Assembly (NCBI GenBank): GCA_035559835.1
Contig: DATMAP010000050.1
Coordinates: forward strand, 1-58,596
Direction of reading: 5' to 3'
DNA length: 58,596 bases
From: Gaiellaceae bacterium
GTDB lineage: Bacteria > Actinomycetota > Thermoleophilia > Gaiellales > Gaiellaceae
Program-made: the position numbers and the translations under genes
Part shown: positions 44,778-52,620 of the stretch, in pieces
Numbering within the stretch: the stretch's first letter is position 1
Layout: every line of letters starts with the position of its first letter
Notes under the pieces: generated by a model
What the model saw: the letters and a program-made list of their open reading frames with translations, nothing else
Database searches by the model: none
What the model was told of the DNA's origin: nothing

Positions 44778-46235
44778 TTACCGGGAGAGGTCGTCCAGGA
44801 GGGCGCACAGGAGGCGGTAGAAGCGCGCCGTGCTCGAGATCGAGAGCCGCTCGCCGGGCGCGTGCGGCCCCACGATCTCGGGCCCGAGCGCGAGCATGCG
44901 GAGGCCGGGGAGCTTTGCCCCGAGCACGGCGCACTCGAGGCCGCCGTGGACGACCTCGGTCGCCGGCGGCCGCCCGAAGAGGCGCTCGTAGGTCGCGCTC
45001 GCGGCGGCGAGGAGCGGCGAGGCGGGGTCGGGCTGCCAGGGCGGGTAGGAGTGGACAGTCTCCACGCCGGCCCCTGCCAGGCGCGCGATCGCTTCCAGGC
45101 TCGCCACCGTGTCCTCGAGACCCGCCGGGCTCGCGCTCCGCGTCATCGAGGCGAGCTCGAGCGTTCCCTCCTCGGTGCGCGCGACGGTGAGGCAGGTGCT
45201 CGTCTCGACCGCTCCCGAGGGCTCCGGCGCGAGCGTGACCACGCCGCTCGGAAGCGCGGCCAGCAGGTCGAGCGCCCGCGCCGTCTCCTGCTCGGTGGCG
45301 GCGCCCGCGAGGCTTCCGGCCGCGCGCACCCGGAGCTCGAGCCGGTCCTCGCCCGGGTGCTGCGCGCGGATCTCCGTCAGCTCGCGCTCCGTCGCGGCCC
45401 GGAAGCCCGCCTCCGCGACCGCCGGTACCGCCACCGAGGCCGCGGCCTCGCGGGGGATCGCGTTCCGGCTGGCGCCGCCCTCGAGCCCGGCCAGCCGGAG
45501 CGGAGCGGCCTCGCGTCCTTCGCGCAGGATCCGTCCCAAGGCCTTGATCGCGTTCGCGCGTCCGCGGGCGATGTCGCCCCCGGAGTGACCGCCCCGGCCT
45601 CCGGTGACGGCTACCTCGAGCGCGACGTGTCCGGGCGGGAGCGGGTCGGGCCGGAGCGGCAGGCGGACGAGGGTGTGCGCGCTCCCGGCGCAGCCGATCG
45701 TCAGCGTCCCGTCGCTCGTCCCGTCCAGGTTCAGGAGCAGCCGTCCCGACACGAGCGCAGGGTCGAGGCCCTTGGCGCCCTCGAGGCCGTGCTCCTCGGA
45801 GACGGTGAGCAGGAGCTCGAGCGGCCCGTGCGCGACGTGCGGGTCCTCGGCCACCGCCAAAGCGGCGGCGACGCCGATGCCGTTGTCGGCGCCGAGCGTC
45901 GTCCCCTCGGCGCGCAGCCAGTCCCCGTCCCGGACGACGTCGATCCGGCCCGCACGGGGGTCGAAGAGGCTCGATGGATCGCGCTCGCAGACCATGTCCA
46001 GGTGCGCCTGCAGGACGACCACCGGCGCCGCCTCTCGGCCCGCTGAGGCCGGGACGCGGACGACCACGTTGCCCGTCGCGTCCGTCTGCGCCGCGAAGCC
46101 GTGGGTGTCCGCCCACGCGAGCACGTGCTCGCGGACGGCCGCTTCCTGCTTCGGCGGGCGCGGGATCCGGGTCAGCTCGGCGAACCGCGCCCAGACCAGC
46201 TCGGGCTCGAGCCCGGCGAACGCGGAGCGACTCAC
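44778..46235 (-). CDS. pepD: aminoacyl-histidine dipeptidase (M20C)
   Basis: GTG 46235. ...VLQAHLDMVCE..., GTTLGADNGIG, SEEHGLEGA, ...VHGGLECA... PepD signatures. Confidence 0.85.
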   Translation of the reverse strand: MSRSAFAGLEPELVWARFAELTRIPRPPKQEAAVREHVLAWADTHGFAAQTDATGNVVVRVPASAGREAAPVVVLQAHLDMVCERDPSSLFDPRAGRIDVVRDGDWLRAEGTTLGADNGIGVAAALAVAEDPHVAHGPLELLLTVSEEHGLEGAKGLDPALVSGRLLLNLDGTSDGTLTIGCAGSAHTLVRLPLRPDPLPPGHVALEVAVTGGRGGHSGGDIARGRANAIKALGRILREGREAAPLRLAGLEGGASRNAIPREAAASVAVPAVAEAGFRAATERELTEIRAQHPGEDRLELRVRAAGSLAGAATEQETARALDLLAALPSGVVTLAPEPSGAVETSTCLTVARTEEGTLELASMTRSASPAGLEDTVASLEAIARLAGAGVETVHSYPPWQPDPASPLLAAASATYERLFGRPPATEVVHGGLECAVLGAKLPGLRMLALGPEIVGPHAPGERLSISSTARFYRLLCALLDDLSR

Positions 46236-46678
46236 CGGCGCAGCGTGAGGAACGCACCCGCGGCCAGCAGTGCGATCCCGGCCACGCGCGGCCACGTGAC
46301 CGCCACGCGCTCGATCCCGAACCAGCCGAAGCGGTCGATGACGACGGCTGCGCCGAGCTGGCCGGCGATCAGGAGCGCGACCGTCGCCGTCGTCCCGATC
46401 CGGGGCCCGGCCAGCGTGATCCCGCCGACGACGACCACGCTGAGCACGGCGCCGAGCCAGAGCCACCTCGGCGCGGCGAGGCCGTCGGCGTAGCCGCCCA
46501 GGCTGCGCCGGGCGACGAGCAGGACGACACCGGCGAGGAGCGCTCCGGCGAGCGCGGTGAAGGCGAGCGCCTCCAGCGTGCCGATGCGGTTTCCGAACGC
46601 CCCCATCACCGCCACCTGCACCGAGCCGGCGACGCCCGCGCCGACCGCGACCGTGACCGCTGCGCCCGTCCAGCTCAC
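46232..46678 (-). CDS. DMT-superfamily small membrane transporter (DUF606/YdcZ-like)
   Basis: 148 aa, 4-5 TM helices, ...GQLGAAVVIDRFGWFG... motif. GTGA overlap with pepD. Confidence 0.7.
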   Translation of the reverse strand: MSWTGAAVTVAVGAGVAGSVQVAVMGAFGNRIGTLEALAFTALAGALLAGVVLLVARRSLGGYADGLAAPRWLWLGAVLSVVVVGGITLAGPRIGTTATVALLIAGQLGAAVVIDRFGWFGIERVAVTWPRVAGIALLAAGAFLTLRR

Positions 46679-46723
46679 GCCCCGACGCTATACGCTCAAG
46701 GCCCCGCGACGAAGGAGAGGCGC

Positions 46724-47005
46724 ATGGTGCGTGCGATCATCCTGTACGAGTCCGAGCCGGATCCCGAGCGCTACCGGCAGCACATCGAGGAGCACGCGGC
46801 GAAGGTGCCTGCGGCTGCGTTCCGGCACGGGCGCGTGTTCGGTGCCCCCTTCGGGGAGCCTGCGTACCGCTACTACGCGGAGTTCGAGTGGCCCGATCGC
46901 GAGTCGTTCCAGGCAGCGGCCGCCTCGGAGGAGTTCCTGGCCTCGGGTCGCGACGCCATGGCGATGGGTGTCCCCTTCACCGTCCACTTCGCCGAGATCG
47001 CGTGA
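46724..47005 (+). CDS. EthD-family protein
   Basis: ATG 46724 with GAAGGAGAGG RBS. MVRAIILYESEPDPERYRQHIEEH... is typical of small EthD/dimeric alpha-beta-barrel proteins. Confidence 0.65.
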   Translation: MVRAIILYESEPDPERYRQHIEEHAAKVPAAAFRHGRVFGAPFGEPAYRYYAEFEWPDRESFQAAAASEEFLASGRDAMAMGVPFTVHFAEIA

Positions 47006-47820
47006 GCGAGCCCTCCGCCCCCCGCGCCCGCGACCCGTCCCAGCTCGGGTTCGAGGCGATCGTCTACGAGAAGGCTCCGCCCCGGGCGACGATCCGTCTC
47101 AACCGACCGGACGTCCTCAACGCCTTCGACTTCCGCATGCTGAGGGAGATCGCGCGCGCCTGCGAGGACGCCTCCTGGGACGATGACGTGCGGGTCGTCG
47201 TCGTGACGGGGACGGGACGGGCCTTCTGCGTCGGCGCCGACCTGCGCTCCTGGGACGAGGAGCTGCTCGGGCGGCCCGGTGAGTACTGGAAGTGGTTCGG
47301 CGCCTTCAAGGACATGCACGACCGCCTGCGCGAGCTGGGCAAGCCGACGATCGCGCGTATCAACGGGATCGCGGTCGGAGGCGGGAACGAGCTGCAGATG
47401 GCGTGCGACCTCGCGGTGATGGTGGACACGGCCTTCATCCGGCACGTCGGCCTCCAGCACGGCTCGGTGCCCGCGGGCGGAGCGACGCAGTGGCTCCAGC
47501 TCATGGTCGGCGACCGGCGGGCACGCGAGATCGTCTTCCTCTGCGAGGAGATCCCGGCGGCGCAGGCTGCCGAGTGGGGACTCGTGAACCGGGCCGTGCC
47601 GGAGGCCGAGCTGGACGCGGTGGTAGACGAGTGGGTGGAGAAGCTGGCGGCGAAGCTGCCGCACACGACGCGCTACGCGAAGCAGCAGCTCAACGTCTGG
47701 CGCGACCTCGCCTGGCACCAGACGATCGGCCACGCGCGTGACTGGCTGGCGCTGTCCATGCTCGGTGAGGAGGCGCAGACCGCCGTCCGGGGGTTCCTCG
47801 AGCGCCGCGAGCGGCGGTAG
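47002..47820 (+). CDS. enoyl-CoA hydratase/isomerase family protein
   Basis: GTG 47002 (GTGA overlap). ...RLNRPDVLNAF..., GTGRAFCVGADL, INGIAVGGGNEL. Confidence 0.85.
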   Translation: MSEPSAPRARDPSQLGFEAIVYEKAPPRATIRLNRPDVLNAFDFRMLREIARACEDASWDDDVRVVVVTGTGRAFCVGADLRSWDEELLGRPGEYWKWFGAFKDMHDRLRELGKPTIARINGIAVGGGNELQMACDLAVMVDTAFIRHVGLQHGSVPAGGATQWLQLMVGDRRAREIVFLCEEIPAAQAAEWGLVNRAVPEAELDAVVDEWVEKLAAKLPHTTRYAKQQLNVWRDLAWHQTIGHARDWLALSMLGEEAQTAVRGFLERRERR

Positions 47821-47829
47821 GCTGACGGC

Positions 47830-48603
47830 ATGGCCGAGGAGGTGCTCACCGCCCGCGACGGCGCCGTCCTGACGATCACCCTCAACCGCCCAGAGGTCTA
47901 CAACGCGCTCGACCGCGCGATGCACGCGAAGCTCCGCGACGCGCTCGCCGAGGCAGCCGACCCTGAGGTGCGCGCGGTCGTCCTCACCGGGGCCGGCCGC
48001 GGCTTCTGCTCCGGCCAGGACCTGCGCGAGTTCCAGGCGCTGCCGGGGTCGATCCGCGACGCGCTCGAGGAGACGTACCACCCGAACGTGCGCGCGATCC
48101 GGGCGCTCGAGAAGCCGGTGATCGCCGCGGTCAACGGGGCGTGCGCCGGGGCGGGTCTCTCGCTGGCGTGCGCGTGCGACGTGCGGGTGGCGTCGAGCGA
48201 GGCGACCTTCGTGCCCGGCTTCGTCGGCATCGGGCTCGTGCCCGACTCGGGGGGGACGTGGTTCCTGCACCGCCTGCTCGGCTTCTCGCGCGCGTTCGAG
48301 TGGATGGTGTCGAACCGGCGACTGAGCGCGGCCGAGGCGCTGATCTGGGGGCTCGTCTCGGAGGAGATCCCCGCCGAGCGCTTTCGCAAGCGGGTCGAGG
48401 AGCTGGCGGAGTGGTACGCCGCCCTCCCGACGCGGGCGGTGGCCATGACGAAGCGGCTCTTCGAGAACGCGTACGCGGCCTCGCTCGAGGAGCAGCTTGC
48501 GCTCGAGGCCGAGCTCCAGCAGGCGGCGACGCAGACGGAGGACTTCGCCGAGGGCGTGCGGGCGTTCCTGGAGAAGCGCCTACCGGCCTTCAAAGGCCGG
48601 TAG
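47830..48603 (+). CDS. enoyl-CoA hydratase/isomerase family protein (PaaG-like)
   Basis: ITLNRPEVYNAL, GAGRGFCSGQDL, VNGACAGAGLSLA. Confidence 0.85.
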   Translation: MAEEVLTARDGAVLTITLNRPEVYNALDRAMHAKLRDALAEAADPEVRAVVLTGAGRGFCSGQDLREFQALPGSIRDALEETYHPNVRAIRALEKPVIAAVNGACAGAGLSLACACDVRVASSEATFVPGFVGIGLVPDSGGTWFLHRLLGFSRAFEWMVSNRRLSAAEALIWGLVSEEIPAERFRKRVEELAEWYAALPTRAVAMTKRLFENAYAASLEEQLALEAELQQAATQTEDFAEGVRAFLEKRLPAFKGR

Positions 48604-48606
48604 CCA

Positions 48607-48621
48607 CCGGTGTCAGACACC
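48607..48621. promoter_or_regulatory. 15-nt element ccGGTGTCaGACACC (self-palindromic), left copy
   Basis: Begins 4 nt after the upstream TAG stop. Exact reverse complement of 48762-48776. Confidence 0.45.
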
Positions 48622-48761
48622 GCGAGCGGATGGCGTTCGGTGCCACCGTCACGACCGCGTCTGTTCTGGACGTGGCGAACCGCAAGCGCCAGCGTGACGC
48701 CACGGTATTCGCTGTGGAGCGATTGTCACACTCTTGGCACGAGTACCCCTTGACAAGAAAG

Positions 48762-48776
48762 GGTGTCTGACACCGG
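48762..48776. promoter_or_regulatory. 15-nt element GGTGTCtGACACCgg (self-palindromic), right copy
   Basis: 8 nt before the ATG of the proline-racemase-family gene. A TTGACA hexamer lies at 48750-48755. Confidence 0.45.
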
Positions 48777-48783
48777 GGTGGAG

Positions 48784-49770
48784 ATGGGGGCTGTGAGCGC
48801 GGTCGACTACCACACCGGCGGCGAGCCGTTCCGGATCGTCACCGGCGGGGTCGAGGCGCCGAGGGGCGCGACCATCCTCGCCAAGCGCCGCGATGCGCTC
48901 GAGCGGCTCGACCACGTGCGGCGGCTGCTCGTCTACGAGCCCCGGGGGCATGCCGACATGTACGGCTGCTTCGTGGTCGAGCCCGACGACGATGGAGCCG
49001 ACCTCGGCGTCGTCTTCTTCCACAACGCCGGCTACTCGACCGCGTGCGGGCACGGCACGATCGCCCTCGTCACCTGGGCGCTCGACGAGGGCATCGTCCC
49101 GCGCCGGGAGGGGGAGAACCGGGTCGTCGTCGATGTCCCCTCCGGCCGGCTCGAGACCTGGGCGCGCGTGGAGGATGGACGCGTCCGCTCGGTTCGCTTC
49201 CGCAACGTCCCCGCCTTCGTCTGGGCCGAAGGGATCGAGGTGGCTGGACACACGCTGGATGTCGCCTTCGGCGGCGCGTTCTACGCGTCGCTCCAAGAGC
49301 GCGTGGAGCCGCGCGAGCTACCGCGCCTGATCGAGCTCGGCCGCCAGCTGAAGCGTGCGATCGAAGCCGAGCACGAGGTCGTGCACCCGCTCGAGCCCGA
49401 GCTTCGCGACATCTACGGCGTCATCTTCTGGCAGGAGGAGGAGGAGCGGGAGGGCGACCTCCCGCGCCTGCTCACCCAGCGCAACGTCACCGTCTTCGCC
49501 GACGGCGAGGTCGACCGCTCGCCCTGTGGGAGCGGTACCTCGGCCCGGCTCGCCCTCCTCGACCGCTCCGGGCGGCTTCCGCGCGGCGCCGAGCTCCGCC
49601 ACCTCTCCATCGTCGGCTCGGAGTTCCGCGGTCGCGTCGTCGCCGACACCGAGGTCGCCGGGCTGCCCGCGGTCGTCACCGAAGTCGAGGGCAGCGCCTA
49701 CCGCACGGGCGAGCACGTCTTCACCCTCGACCCCGACGATCCGCTCCGGGAGGGCTTCCTGCTCCGCTGA
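48784..49770 (+). CDS. proline racemase-family enzyme with Cys/Cys catalytic pair (proline racemase or 4-hydroxyproline 2-epimerase type)
   Basis: ATG 48784 gives MGAVSAVDYHTGGEPFRIV.... Catalytic STACGHG and DRSPCGSGTSA. The track start 48763 lies inside the palindrome. Confidence 0.85.
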   Translation: MGAVSAVDYHTGGEPFRIVTGGVEAPRGATILAKRRDALERLDHVRRLLVYEPRGHADMYGCFVVEPDDDGADLGVVFFHNAGYSTACGHGTIALVTWALDEGIVPRREGENRVVVDVPSGRLETWARVEDGRVRSVRFRNVPAFVWAEGIEVAGHTLDVAFGGAFYASLQERVEPRELPRLIELGRQLKRAIEAEHEVVHPLEPELRDIYGVIFWQEEEEREGDLPRLLTQRNVTVFADGEVDRSPCGSGTSARLALLDRSGRLPRGAELRHLSIVGSEFRGRVVADTEVAGLPAVVTEVEGSAYRTGEHVFTLDPDDPLREGFLLR

Positions 49771-49790
49771 CCGGCGTGGGGCGGCGGCCG

Positions 49791-50009
49791 CTACTCGAGC
49801 GCGGCGAGGATCTCGGCCGGCTCGGGGAAGCGGCCTTCCGTGCGCTTCGAGAAGAGGAGCTGCCCGTCCGCGCGGACGTCGAACTGTCCCTTGGCGCCCG
49901 GGGTGATCGTCGCCGGGATCCCGGTCTTCGACTCGATCTCGGCCGCGAGACTCGCGGCTCGGGTGTCGTAGCCGGTTCAGGTCGGGCAGTAGAAGATCTC
50001 GACCCGCAC
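49791..50009 (-). CDS. SelW/Rdx-family selenoprotein (CxxU), in-frame TGA at 49979..49977
   Basis: Not in the ORF track. Minus-strand translation from GTG 50009: (M)RVEIFYCPT-U-TGYDTRAASLAAEIESKTGIPATITPGAKGQFDVRADGQLLFSKRTEGRFPEPAEILAALE*. The CxxU is in the Rdx redox-motif position, and GQFDV...G.LLFSK...GRFP is typical of the family. High GC3 on both sides of the TGA. Confidence 0.8.
49942..49958 (-). promoter_or_regulatory. candidate SECIS hairpin for the SelW-like gene
   Basis: RNA GCCGCG-AGUCU-CGCGGC (a 7th A-U pair is possible) starts 18 nt after the UGA. The apical loop contains GU. Confidence 0.55.
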
Positions 50010-50042
50010 GCCACCAAGCCTAGTCAGCGGTACAGTCCGGCC

Positions 50043-50285
50043 GTGGCCACCGTCTTCGAGGTCGAGCAGGCGGGCTGCCCGAGCTGCGCACGCCGCGTGC
50101 GTGGCGCGCTGGAGGCGCTCGCCGCCGTCGCCGAGCTGACGATCGACGAGGAGCAGGACGTCGCCACCGTGCGCCTGGCTGACGCCGGCGCGTCCGAGGA
50201 CGCCGTCAACCGCGTCCTTGCCGAGGCGTCACAGGGGAGCGGCCACGCCTACCGCGTGAGACCGGGCTCCTGGCGCTCCGAGTAG
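50043..50285 (+). CDS. heavy-metal-associated (HMA)-like small protein with CxxC
   Basis: GTG 50043 gives (M)ATVFEVEQAGCPSCARRVRGALEALAAVAELTIDEEQDVATVRL..., a ferredoxin-like HMA layout with GCPSC in place of GMxCxxC. High GC3. Confidence 0.65.
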   Translation: MATVFEVEQAGCPSCARRVRGALEALAAVAELTIDEEQDVATVRLADAGASEDAVNRVLAEASQGSGHAYRVRPGSWRSE

Positions 50286-51258
50286 GCCGCCGCTCCGTAC
50301 GCTGCGGCGGTGCGCCCACACAGGCCTCCGCGTACTCGGCCGACTTCGCGCAGCAGCGCGTGAGCGTGGCCACGAACCTCGACTCCGCCGGGGAGAGGTC
50401 GCGGCCGGCGAGGGTGGCCAGCGAGAACTGCCGGGTCAGGGGAGAGAGCCCGTGGACACGGAACGCCTCCAGCTCCCCGCGCGCCACCTCTTCGGCCACC
50501 GCGTAGCGCGAGAGGAACGCGACCCCGAGTCCCTCGCGCGCGGCGCGCTTGATGGCCTCGCTCGAGCCCAGCTCCCAGCGCCCGCCGGTCTCGATCCCGG
50601 CAAGGGCCAAGGCCCGCTCGACGAGGGCTCGCGTGGACGAGCCGGGCTCGCGGCAGAGGAACAACCTGCCGCGCAGCTCGGCGAGCGGCAGATAGCCGGC
50701 CTCGAGCGGCAGCGTCCCCGGCTGCGCGATCCCGACCAGCTCGTCGTCGAGGAAGGGGGTGAGGGTGACGCGCTCGTCCGTCGCCTCGGCGCCCACGATC
50801 GCGAGCTGCACGCGGCTCGAGAGCAGCCGCCGGAGGATCTCCCCGCTCGAGGCGATCTCGACCTCGACGGTGACGCCGGGGTGGTCGCGCCGGAAGCAGC
50901 CGAGCGTGTCGGGGAGCAGGTAGACGCCGGGCGCGGTGGACGCGCCGACGTGGATCGTTCCCGTCTCCAGCCCCGTGAGCGCGGCGAGCTCCTCCTCCGC
51001 CCGGTCGAGGCTCGCGAGCGCCTGCGCGGCGCGGGCGGCGAGGACGCGGCCGGCCTCGGTCAGGCGGCTGCCGCGGCCGTTGCGCTCGACGAGACGCTGG
51101 CCCGCCGCCGTCTCGAGCAGGCGCAGGTGCTGACTTGCGCTCGGCTGGCCGATGCCGATCGCCTCGGCCGCGGCCGAGAGCGTGCCCCGGCGCTCGATCT
51201 CGACGAGGAGCCGCATGCGGGTCGTGTCCCAGAGCGCGCTCAGCGTCGTCTGCGCCAT
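50206..51258 (-). CDS. LysR-family transcriptional regulator
   Basis: N-terminal HTH (RGTLSAAAEAIGIGQPSASQHLRLLE) and a LysR substrate-binding domain. The roughly 50-aa Arg-rich tail overlaps the HMA gene 3' end. Confidence 0.85.
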   Translation of the reverse strand: MAQTTLSALWDTTRMRLLVEIERRGTLSAAAEAIGIGQPSASQHLRLLETAAGQRLVERNGRGSRLTEAGRVLAARAAQALASLDRAEEELAALTGLETGTIHVGASTAPGVYLLPDTLGCFRRDHPGVTVEVEIASSGEILRRLLSSRVQLAIVGAEATDERVTLTPFLDDELVGIAQPGTLPLEAGYLPLAELRGRLFLCREPGSSTRALVERALALAGIETGGRWELGSSEAIKRAAREGLGVAFLSRYAVAEEVARGELEAFRVHGLSPLTRQFSLATLAGRDLSPAESRFVATLTRCCAKSAEYAEACVGAPPQRTERRPTRSARSPVSRGRRGRSPVTPRQGRG

Positions 51259-51352
51259 CGACGCGGACGATACAGGACATCCTCGAAATCGTCTGGCGGG
51301 ATGAGCGTGCGCAGCCTACGGTGCTCTCTGCACACCCGAGTGAGGAGGCAGC

Positions 51353-51874
51353 ATGCCCCAGGAGCGCATCCGGGAGTCGATCGAGGCGGCACGTGGGTAT
51401 CTGAGCGAGCATCCCGAGGAGGCGCGCGCGCACGACCTGCCGGCCACGGCGGTGCTCGAGGAGGGGCTCCGCTGCCGGGTCGAGGGCCCCGCCGGCACGG
51501 CGATCGTGACGGACATGCCCGCGGCGGTCGGGGGTATGGCCTCCGCGCCGACGCCCGGCTGGCTGGCGCGCGCGGCGCTCGCGAGCTGCGACGCGACGGT
51601 GCTCGCCATGCGGGCCGCCGAGCTCGGGATCGCGATCGAGCGGATCGAGGTGACCGTCGAGAGCGAGTCCGACGACCGCGGCCTGCTCGGAGTCGCCGAG
51701 GCGCCGGCCGGGCCGCTCAGCGTGCGCGTGCGTGCCAGGCTGGTCGGAGGGAGCGTGGACGACGACGCGGTGCGCGCGCTGCGCTCGTGGCTCGAGGACC
51801 ACTCGCCCGTCGGCGGCGTCTACCGGCACGGCGTGCCGACCACCCTCGAGCTCGAGACGGTGGCCGTGCCGTGA
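51353..51874 (+). CDS. OsmC/Ohr-family protein
   Basis: 173 aa, GAGGAGG RBS. ...APTPGWLARAALASCDATV.... Divergent from the LysR gene. Confidence 0.8.
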   Translation: MPQERIRESIEAARGYLSEHPEEARAHDLPATAVLEEGLRCRVEGPAGTAIVTDMPAAVGGMASAPTPGWLARAALASCDATVLAMRAAELGIAIERIEVTVESESDDRGLLGVAEAPAGPLSVRVRARLVGGSVDDDAVRALRSWLEDHSPVGGVYRHGVPTTLELETVAVP

Positions 51875-52620
51875 TCCTGCGCCCGTTCCTGTACGAGCCG
51901 ACCTCGTGCGCGAGCTACCTCTTCGGCTGTACGACGCAGGGGCAGCTTGCGGTCGTGGACCCGCACTCCGAGCTCGTCGAGGCCTATCTCGAGACCGCGC
52001 GCGACCTCGGCCACCCCATCGTCGCGGCCTTCGAGACGCACGTCCAGGCCGACCACGTCTCCGGGCTCCCCGAGCTCGTCGCGGCTGGCGCGACCGCGTA
52101 CCTGCCCGCGGGGGCCGGCGTCTCCTTCCCGCACGTCGCGCTCGCGGGCGGCGAGCGCATCGAGCTCGGCAACACGCTCGTGACCGCGCTCGCGACGCCC
52201 GGCCATGCCCCCGCGCACGCGGCGTACGCCGTCGCCGACCGACGCCGCGGCGACGAGGAGCCCTGGCTCGTCTTCACGGGGGACTCCCTGCTCGTGAACG
52301 ACGTCGGCCGCCCCGACCTGCACGCGACGGGCGACCCCGAGCCGCTCGCCCGGGAGCTGCACGCATCCCTGCGGAGGCTTCTGGCGCTGCCCGACGACGT
52401 GCTCGTCCTGCCGAGCCACTACGGGGGCTCGGTGTGCGGCCGTGCCCTCTCCGGGAACCCCTTCTCGACCATCGGCTTCGAACGGCGCCACAACCGCGCG
52501 CTCGCCCTCGACGAGGACGCCTTCGCCGAGGCGGCGCTGCGCGACCTGCCCCCGCCCCCGGCGGAGCAGGAGGCGATCGTGGCGGCGAACCGCGCCGGAC
52601 GGCCGCGAGCCGCGGCGTGA
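51871..52620 (+). CDS. MBL-fold hydrolase (persulfide-dioxygenase / glyoxalase-II-like) with variant metal motif
   Basis: GTG 51871 (GTGA overlap). ...SYLFGC..., ETHVQADHVSG (HxQxDH rather than HxHxDH), TPGHAPAH, FTGDSLLVNDVGRPDL. Confidence 0.8.
   Translation: MILRPFLYEPTSCASYLFGCTTQGQLAVVDPHSELVEAYLETARDLGHPIVAAFETHVQADHVSGLPELVAAGATAYLPAGAGVSFPHVALAGGERIELGNTLVTALATPGHAPAHAAYAVADRRRGDEEPWLVFTGDSLLVNDVGRPDLHATGDPEPLARELHASLRRLLALPDDVLVLPSHYGGSVCGRALSGNPFSTIGFERRHNRALALDEDAFAEAALRDLPPPPAEQEAIVAANRAGRPRAAA

Noticed and set aside
48630-48770. 46-codon ORF as an annotated CDS feature
   Set aside because: No convincing RBS, GC3 clearly below that of neighbouring genes, and no recognisable family. 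It is reported only as an observation.
48607-48776. Confident call of a MITE or other mobile element
   Set aside because: Terminal inverted repeats are present, but I see no target-site duplication, no transposase in the window and only one copy. It is kept as a hypothesis in the findings only.
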